Of a DNA stretch of 64,000 nt, positions 53,601 through 64,000 are shown piece by piece. Within the stretch, counting starts at the first letter, position 1, and every line of letters starts with the position of its first letter. The DNA is from the human T2T-CHM13v2.0 reference genome, Homo sapiens. The position numbers and the translations under genes were made by a program. The DNA lies in NCBI RefSeq assembly GCF_009914755.1, contig NC_060931.1, one strand, 5' to 3'. Under the pieces are notes generated by a model that searched no databases, was not told the DNA's origin, and worked only from the letters and a program-made list of their open reading frames with translations.

Positions 53601-55993
53601 TTAGCTTCTCCAGTGTTTATGGACACTATGAGTTAACTTGACAACCTGATTAAATAATTTAAAAAGGAAATTTCATGTCACAGAAAGGATTGGATGAAAA
53701 GAGATAAATGTAGCTACTTGAAATTTCTAACAAAGAAGCGTGGTTTCCTTCCATTCGGTTAACTCTGGCACTCAAAGAATTTGTGTCTCTCTATGAATTT
53801 TAACAAATAGAACCTCAAAATCTGGGCGCATATGCTGTCAACCCAGAGTCTATGTCATCCTGGGAGCGGCTGTGGTCCTCAGTTGATTTCTTGGTGCCGT
53901 ATTTCAAATCAGCTCATAAATTATTAATAGTACATGTGTAGGTCAGAGACACACTAACCCTGACAATCATTTCATAATATTCTCTCTTTAGCATTAGAAG
54001 AGAAGAGAAGGGAGTAATCAATATGCAACATCAGAGGTATATTTCACATAGATACGGTATAGGCACTTAGAAAAAAAGAGTCAGATCTTTACAAAAACCT
54101 GTCAGCCTGGCATTAATCTTGCATTATGAATAATGTGGCTATCTATGAATCTTTAATATTTTTTAAATGATGAAATTGTATTGTATCCTCTACCAAAGCA
54201 AATTTGATAAAGTGTGAGAATAGTTTGATCAATGAAGATGTTGATATATGTGAATAAAAAAATTTAAAGCTAGCTCATTAAAGTGCAAAAAGCAACAGCT
54301 ATACTTTGACCTCAGTGTAAATTTTCAGCCCAAATTGAGTTTTACCGTTATCCATAATGTCACGGAATTATTCTTTAAACAAGTTATAAAATAATTGTTT
54401 GGTTAAAACCATTATCCCACAAGACATCTCTGGTAATATACCACTAGCAACCAATTTGGTATTGGCTTCTGGTTTATAATAAGACCATCTTTGAGAATTC
54501 CTAACAAACACTTAGATTAATGTTTCATATATAAGATACAGCAGTGCTCATGAAAGATTACAAATCCAATGGCTTTGCTAGAAATACTGTTACATTTTTT
54601 TTTCCATGAAGTAATCCTGGAATAGTTTGTTCTGGTTTAATTTTCAGTGAAAGTAAGAAAAGTAGATCAAGAACTTTGCTTATGAAATTTGCCTAATGAA
54701 GAAATTTTAATCAGTGCTTGTTGAACTGAAGATAAAAATAGAGTTTGTTTCTACAGATTTGAGGAGAATTAACATGTATCTGATTGTTAATATTTGATTC
54801 TTGTTTAATTATTTATTATATCAAGGAATGAATCTGTCAAGTAAATAATGAAATGCGTACATGCAGCATATGTAATTAGGTTAGGTGCATAAATCCAAAG
54901 TGTTCACTTTATAGTTGTCAGTGCAAAATTTATTAATAATGAGAAATGTTAAGTGAAGAAAATTCTTAACACCGTCTACCTCATTAGTGTGGATTACAGC
55001 AATTGTTGGCTGAAGAAAAAGAAGGCTACAAATAGTCGTGGTTAGGCTTCATTTTCTTAGTTGTCTTTTAATCGTTTAAAAGTATTAGTGAATTGGAGCA
55101 CATTGGTTTCTCTTTTTAGAAATGTATGATTTGAAACAGGAGTTGTGGATTCGAATGCATGCTGCCAACGGAATAATTCCACACTGAAAAAATACAGGCC
55201 TCAGGGTTTCTAAATCCAAACAATTATTTAAGGGGGGAAATTCAATTAACATTTGAGAAGAAAAACCTTCTTTTATGATTAAACTGTCAGATTTGAATCT
55301 GAAGATTCAGCTTTAAGTTCGCTGTGAAGGTGCATAGACAGGAGGCGATGCATCACCAGCTGTCTCTGTTTCCCCTGCCTGCCCCAGCTCAATGGGGACA
55401 GAAAGAAGCACCTTGTCAAGTACCTTCCGTGAACCCCAGGTTTGCCTGGGCTGCTGGCACAGGTGATGAAACAGGGATTTGAGGAGACCTCAGGTACCTG
55501 GGAATGAGACTTGATGGGATCGCTGAGTATGTTGGCGTGGAGATTACAGGGACCTGGTTGAGTGGGTGCCACCAACTCCATATTAAAGAATCTGACTCAT
55601 AACCTGGTTAGAGTTAGGTCTGTACTTCATGTTAATCATTAATACCAATGTATGGTCTAAGGGGCAACCAACCAGAAACAAGATAATGAGATCCCACTGT
55701 GTCACTAACTAGTCTGGTAACTTCCAGAAAATTCTCTAAATTCTAGGGCCTTAGTTTCTTCACCTATCAAATTAGAGGACTGTCATTCTGGCTTTAAAGG
55801 TCTATGATTCACAGAGATGGTATTGGAATACATCAGATTTTGTGCAAGCAGTTCCATGAGTGTCTTGAAAAGAAAGGGAGAGTATGATGGTACGAACATT
55901 CATCATCTGACCAGGTATTGTTCTAGAGACACTTATACATTTATTAGAAGATGGAAGATACGATGACAAAAGGAAGTCCATGTGGTATTTTAG

Positions 55994-56111
55994 TAAATGA
56001 CATGACTAAAAATGTCTTACTAAGGGAGTGTGGGCTGCCTTTCCTCAGCAGCGGGGACCAGAGACGTTCGAGTTAGTTACCGTGTATTGACTCCAGATAA
56101 ATGACATGACT
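55994..56111 (+). repeat. Copy of 58304-58398 flanked by a 14-bp direct repeat TAAATGACATGACT
   Basis: 56010-56104 aligns ungapped to 58304-58398 at 84/95. Confidence 0.9.
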
Positions 56112-56139
56112 TAGCCACTACTTAAGAACTTTCTTACCT

Positions 56140-56292
56140 CATATATATATATATATATAATTTAAATATATATTATACATATTTAAATATATATAATATA
56201 TTATAAATAATATATATTATTTATATTATATAATTTTTATATAATATAAATATATAAAATATATAAAAATATTATTTATAATATATATAAAT
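56140..56292. repeat. (TA)n / AT-rich low complexity
   Basis: Nearly pure A/T. Confidence 0.92.
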
Positions 56293-56702
56293 TAAAAGAG
56301 AACTAGAAGGCCTATTTAGGATAATGAAGTGACATTACAAAACAAAGACTACATGTTACAATTTTCCTATCTGCCTTCGAGAGGGGAATGACTAATAATT
56401 TTATCTTCAAACATTTCTATGATTTACACGTTTTCAAAGAGGAATATTCTGATGGTGAATAATCCAGTTATTACATTATTTGCTAAATTAAAATAATTAT
56501 TTGCTATTCTCCTGACTTAATTCTCAGATGTCTACAAACTAAAGAACTTAGGGCAAAAATGGCTTAATTCAGTCAAGAATTCATATTGTTAAAGGAAAAA
56601 TCCTATGTGGGATCCATAATATGGCTAGTTATTTAGTGGGGAGAAAGCAAAGCAAAAGAGCAAATATTTTACTGCACCCTAAGAAAATATCAATTGGATT
56701 CA

Positions 56703-57850
<1,148 letters not shown>

Positions 57851-58099
57851 AAAACAAGCAGCGTATGAAGCTTTATTTTATCACATCTGACAGAACAGCT
57901 CAGCCTTAAGTTGGGAGTAAGATTTATACAATTCTGCTGATAATATTTATTACTCATTTTAATTGTTTGCATGGTAATATTGAAGCCCCCCAACTGTTAG
58001 GAAATGTGCATTATTTTAACAATACTGGGTATCAGTAAATAAAATATGCTAAATATTGCTGAAAATAAACACTAAGTAACTCAATTTGTGTCATTATAT

Positions 58100-58355
58100 G
58101 TGAGGAATGGGAAAAGCTTCTTGGAAGAGGTGATATTTAATCTGGACTTGGAAAGATCGGTGATATTTGAACAGTTGGACATGAAGTTCAAGGGCATTCT
58201 AGAGAATGTCATGGGAGAGGAAATGCAATAGCATGATTTGGGGATGTACTGTAGTAGACAAATAAGGCTGGAGCTGGGTTAGGTGCAGATTGTGGAGGGT
58301 CTTAAATGTCTTGCTAAGGGAGTGTGGAGTGCCTTTCCTCAGCAGTGGGGAACAG
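58100..58355. mobile_element. L2 fragment
   Basis: GAAAAGCTTCTTGGAAGAGGTGATATTT...CAGATTGTGGAGGGTCTTAAATGTCTTGCTAAGGGAG. Confidence 0.6.
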
Positions 58356-59296
58356 AGATATTTGAGTTAGTTACTGTGTATTGATTCCAGATAAACGAAT
58401 AAAGCATATAGTATGTATATATTTTTTATAGTTTTTTTGGTATATTTTCATGAAAAGTGTGTATGATTTTAGTGAAACCATAAAAATCCATTTTCATTCC
58501 AATTTAGATTCTGTTTTAAAGTAGTTGCCAAGGAAACTAGTAAGTGACTGGTTATGCCCGATTTTCCCTAAGTTCAAAATTAGATGCAAATTCTTCAAAG
58601 AGACTACTTGAAGGCCAGTAAACATTTCAAAGGCAGTCAAGCTCAGACGCCTGGGTGTGTGGGTGCAGGAGGGTTAGAAGGGGGGTTCTGATGTTCCTGG
58701 AGGGAAGAGATGCCTTGCCTGTGTAGGCAAAGAGCTACTTTGAGGGAAAAAAGCTGAATGAGTTAGAGGTGAGTGCCCAGGAAGAGAAGCTGGAAGTGAG
58801 AGGTTCCACTGAAGTGCCTAGAAACAGACACTCTTTAATGGAGACAAGACCAAATTTCTGGAGTTTTCCTTTGTTTACATCTTTTTATCTTGTCTCGTTT
58901 CAAAAAGGAGTTAACTTTAAATATGTCCCTGAATAAACACGAGGCAGCATGACTCCATCGCAGGTAGAGATAGGACTAAAACATGATTCTCCTAAACTTT
59001 AACCCTGGAGTTAGCTCACTTAATCCTGTAAATCTCTGCAAAGACTAACTTTGTTCCCTGGCTCCTCCGTGGTTGCCAGGTGGTGGATATACATTCTACA
59101 ACAGAAGAAACTGGAATCGCTAGAGGTGTCTTTTTTTAGGGCAAGGAAGCATTTCCCAGAAAACCCCAACAGATGTCCCCTGGCTTGGCCTTGGCCAGGA
59201 CTGGTCACATGCTCTTTTCTAAGCCAGTGCCTGGGCAAGGGAAGGGGTTGGTCATAACGGATTTAGACTACTTAGGATTTACTTCTGGGCCAAGGA

Positions 59297-59362
59297 GAGG
59301 GAGGGGGTGAGGGAGGGGGTGAGGGAGGGGGTGAGGGAGGGGGTGAGGGTGGGGGCGGGGGG
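59297..59362 (+). repeat. (GAGGGAGGGGGT)4+ tandem repeat
   Basis: Four perfect 12-bp units and one variant unit. Confidence 0.93.
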
Positions 59363-59749
59363 CTGGCCCGGCCTAAGATGGCTGGGGGTGATGCGTTCGG
59401 GGGACAAAGGAGTGCTGGACAGTTGTGTGAGCTGTAAGAAGGACCCGGAAAATACTGCAGAGTGATTGAGAGTGTAGAGGGGCCTGGGTTCTCACCTGTG
59501 CTCCCTCCCACCTTAGCTGGGTTATGCTGGGAACCTTTCAAGGCTTTGCTAAGCCTGGGTTTCCAGGAGTGCAATAAGATCGCTGTGATAAACATGTAGG
59601 TAAAGCAGTTGGCATAGTACCTTGCGTAGAATAGTCCTCAGCATATGTTTACTACTGTCGTTGTTGCTATTAATAAAAGTGACCTAGCTCCTCTCCTCGA
59701 GAAGTTCACAAGGGGCCCAAATGTGACAGGGGGAGCTATCAGAAGGCGG

Positions 59750-60850
59750 GAGGTGACTTCTTGCCAGGGAGCAAGCCAGGGCAAGAAGAGAGGCGCCGTG
59801 AAGCCTGCGTTCCCTCCCGCACGCGGCTTGCCTCGGTGGCCACACGGGGAGCTCAGCAAGGCCCAGGGTTCGGGAGGCGGGTCCTGCACAGCGACGCAGC
59901 CTTGTCCCGGTGGCCGCAGGCCTGGGGAGCAGGGCGCAGCACACCCGCCGCCCGCTTGCAGGCGAGACGAGAGCGGGGCGCCGGGATGCTGGCGTCCAAT
60001 TTAACCACCAGGGCGCACGGGACGGAGGCCGGGGGTCCCGCTTTTCCGTCAGAGTTCGCGGTCACGAGTGGAACCCACTGAGCACTCTAGTTTCCTGGTA
60101 TTTTCATGGCAGTAATTGGATGACAGAGTCAAGAGGCAGGGCCTGCGCCGACACTGACTAGCAACGCGCGGCCTCTGAGCCGCGCCCGGCCGCCCACCCC
60201 TTCCTCCTCCAGCACCGGGCCGGCTCCCCCTCCCGGCCCGGCTCGGCGGCTGGGGGGTGGGCGGAGCCGCGGCCGGGCAGTTCATTATGTTGGACAGGGC
60301 GCGTCTGCGCCTCCGGCCGCCGCGGCTCCCGGGGCCTCCGCCTGCAGCCGGCGGCGGAACGAGGGCAGGCGGCTGAGACAGGCGAGCTATTTGCATTCCC
60401 CGGCAGTCATTTTTATATGCGGAGGTAATGAAGTTGTCAGCGGCGCCCCGAGTGTGGCAGAGCCTGATATTCAAATCGCCCTGCCCGCTCCGCCTGCTCC
60501 CGCCCGCTGGTCCCGGGAGCCCCAGGCTGCGCGCGCCCGCACCGCATCGCCGCTTTGCCCCGCGACCGCGCGCGCCTCCTCGTCCTCCCCCGCGCCTTTG
60601 TTTCCGTCTCCTTCTCCTTTCCCTCCTCTTTTGTGTCGGGCCAGACTCAGCCCCAGAAACCAGCCACCCTGCCGCGTCCGACTGCCAGGGATCCCTCACG
60701 CCGCGAGGTGAGCTGGTCGCAGGTGTGGGGAAGTTCGCGGGTGCAGCTAGGCCGCCGCCCTCGCGCTCGACGCCACGCCCGCCTCCTCTTTCCTTCCCCA
60801 GGGGCCCCTTGCCCTCCCTTCACCTCCGTCTCCAAGAAAGATGACCTAGT
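59750..60850. promoter_or_regulatory. CpG island 2; probable promoter of a + strand lncRNA (LOC441204/LINC02981-like by recollection)
   Basis: Dense CpG, GC boxes (GGGCGG, CCGCCC), perfect octamer ATTTGCAT at 60389-60396. Confidence 0.9.
60300..60707 (+). ncRNA. Candidate non-coding first exon ending at donor GAG|GTGAGC (start uncertain)
   Basis: Strong 5' splice site at 60707/60708 within the CpG island; no credible ORF. Confidence 0.45.
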
Positions 60851-61251
60851 ACTGCCATTACCGTTTGGGCCTAGAGGAGTTTTCGTTCCTCTTTCCGAAT
60901 GCATATTTGTGGTCATTTTTTATGATTGCAGAAACCCAACACACAGCTATTCTGTCAGGCTGCCGAGAAAAGGCTGTTCGGCAGTTGCAGCCCTGGTGAG
61001 GCAATGAGGAGGAAAGGTGGACGCACCTGCCTGGAGTGGTTGAAGGAAGGCAGTGAACATCCACGCTCCTGGGGTTGGTTTTCCTGAACCTCTGTAGCTG
61101 TGCTGCTCACTGGGGCAGCCACTGACCACAAGAGGCTGCCGAGGGCTTGCAGTGTGGCCAGGCCAGACCAGGATGTTCTCCAAGTGGGAAATACACACCC
61201 CATTGTAAAGAAGACTGTATGGAAAAAAGAATGTGAACTGGCTCATTCATC

Positions 61252-61400
61252 ATTTAAAAACATTGATTGCATATTGAAATGATAATATTTTGGGTATATG
61301 GGGTGAAATAAAGTATCATGAATTAAATCTTTTTTTAAAAATGTGGCCACAAAGAACATTTAAATTTACACATGTGGTTCACATTATATCTCTGTGGGAT
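61252..61400. mobile_element. MER33/MER3-like hAT fragment
   Basis: TTGAAATGATAATATTTTGG...AATGTGGCCAC...ATTTAAATTTACACATGTGGTTCACATTATAT. Confidence 0.7.
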
Positions 61401-61823
61401 CGCACTTAAGACCCAACCCCACCCATCCTCTAACTCTGCCCTCTCAGCTTGCTCTACAGGTACTTTGGAACAGGGCAGGGATGGAGGGAAGGTCCTTGTA
61501 TCTTAGGGATCAAATGCCCAGGAAAATAATTAGGAGGTGTTTGGGATTATGCTGAAAACCCTGACAACACTGAATAGCAGATGTCTCTTTCTTTTCCCTT
61601 TGTTCACTGTAAAGAAAAACTTACACTCCCCCACAGCCATGCCACAATTCCATGGACCAACCATTCATGTGTGAAGGTGGGCCTCTAGGAGTGTTTTGTG
61701 CCTTTTAGGAGTTATTTGTGGCACACTAAACTTGCTGACATGCCATTTAGAAAAGTGAATACTGTGTACGCACTGTAACAACTATTCCATAAGTATTTTT
61801 GGTGTACACTGTTCCTCAGCACT

Positions 61824-62050
61824 CACAGGCTTCGGAGTAGGGGCTCCCGGAGTATGCATTGACACGATGCGCTGCAAATGATCCGGGCGTGGGGAAGTCC
61901 CCGAGTGTGCATTGATTCCACACACGGCCACGGCTCCTACAGGGCTTTTATGGTGCAGCTCGCCAATGATCCGTGTGTTAAAGACTCCCCAAATACACAT
62001 TGACACGATAGACTGGAGTTGTTTGGGTCTATCGTGGCAATGATCCGGGG
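61824..62050. repeat. Unclassified degenerate 39-bp repeat / variable spacer array with hairpins
   Basis: AATGATCCG x3, CATTGA x3 and CATTGACACGAT x2 in alternating order; see findings. Confidence 0.7.
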
Positions 62051-62682
62051 ATAATGGCAGTGTCTTATACAATTTCACTGAGATTGGAGTGCTCATGGTC
62101 CTAATGGCAGAACCGGAACTGCCCCAGTTAAGTCCCACCATGGCGCCCAGTAAAGGGTGTGTGGGTCTTTGACCTTCTGCTTCATGACACTGTGGCATTG
62201 CTAATTTTACTGATATTTTAACTAACATAATTGAGTTAGCATTTTTTTCCCCCTGAAAATTCATTTTTGTAATTCAACACCTGAATTAGGGAGTCCATCT
62301 AGTGATGGTTTCATTTGGTTAATCATAAGCTAAAGACCTAGGAAAGGTCATTCTTAAACCTAAAGTGTTTTGGGAAAAATAATCGTGGGAGATGCATATG
62401 AGCTTGAGACAGAGTTAATATGGAATAAATAACCTCAGTCCTGAGAAAACCTAGTTGGCTAGGCTGAAATAGACAAGATGAGAAGGTGGGAAGAAGATGT
62501 TTTTAAAAATAATGAAAGTAACATATTCAATAAAAATAATTCAAACACTGTAGAAGTGTATGAAATAAAAAACAGAATCCTCCCACTCCTTCCTTCCTTC
62601 TTTCTATACCATTCACTGTTACAAGCACTATTAATATTTTTGTATATTCTTCCAGTAACTTAAAAACACATGCAAATATATA

Positions 62683-63568
<886 letters not shown>

Positions 63569-63646
63569 TATATCTACTCTTTGTTTACACAAATGGGTTA
63601 ATGCTGAATGTTAATCTTCAACATCTTATATTTTCAATTAATAATA

Positions 63647-63965
63647 CAGTCATGTGCCCCATAATGATGTTTTGATCAGCAATGGACTGCATATACGATA
63701 GTGGCCCTGTAAGATTACCGTGGAGCTGAAAAATTCCTATCGCCTGGTGATGTCTTAGCCCTTGTAACATCTTAATGCAACACATTAGTTGTGTGCTTGT
63801 GGTGGTGTCAGTGTAAACAAACCTACTGCGTTGCCAGTTATTTAAAAGTATACCACATACCACAGTATGCCACATTATCAAGTACATAATCCTAGATAAT
63901 AACAATAAACAACTGTTACTAGTTTATGCATTTACTATACTATTTATTATTATTTTAGACTACTT
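63647..63965 (-). mobile_element. Second Tigger3 fragment in inverted orientation
   Basis: TA|CAGTCATGTGCCCCATAATGATG...GGAGCTGAAAAATTCCTAT is approximately the reverse complement of the first copy's right end. Confidence 0.8.
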
Positions 63966-64000
63966 TCTACACATGCATACACACATATTTATACACACAT

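Noticed and set aside
59272-59595. ORF with (PPPS)n, extensin-like
   Set aside because: Antisense translation of the 12-bp G-rich tandem repeat.
59638-61007. Overlapping long ORFs (up to 216 aa) in CpG island 2
   Set aside because: Same GC-composition artefact.
61824-62050. CRISPR array or C/D snoRNA interpretation of the array
   Set aside because: Human context with no cas genes, units only ~67% identical, spacers irregular (14/49/35 nt). ATGATCC is a poor box C and there is no correctly spaced CTGA with a terminal stem.
61782-62264. 160-aa minus-strand ORF spanning the repeat array, with repeated PDH...IVSM peptides
   Set aside because: The peptide repeat simply reflects the DNA repeat, and the middle unit is in a different frame. 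No recognisable homology or promoter. Would be reconsidered only with Ribo-seq or PhyloCSF support.

Overview
Human genomic DNA, recognisable as chr7p15.2 from the SNX10 gene. The window holds the complete spliced CDS of SNX10 (sorting nexin 10, PX-only) on the + strand: six coding exons, 606 nt, 201 aa, plus a ~1.75 kb 3'UTR. The non-coding first exon and promoter lie upstream of the window. Downstream are two CpG islands. The first (~37.8-39.1 kb) carries tandem perfect RFX X-boxes and a minus-strand splice donor, consistent with an antisense lncRNA promoter. The second (~59.75-60.85 kb) carries a + strand donor, consistent with a lncRNA first exon. The rest is Alu, L1, L2, MIR, LTR and DNA-transposon relics and simple repeats. 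The least explained features are a CpG-rich repeat/variable-spacer array with nested hairpins at 61.82-62.05 kb and a 95-bp locally templated insertion flanked by a 14-bp duplication at 56.0 kb. Several homotypic TF-motif clusters and non-canonical splice options in SNX10 are also noted. Repeat subfamily calls and boundaries were made by eye and are approximate. No prokaryotic-type systems were seen.
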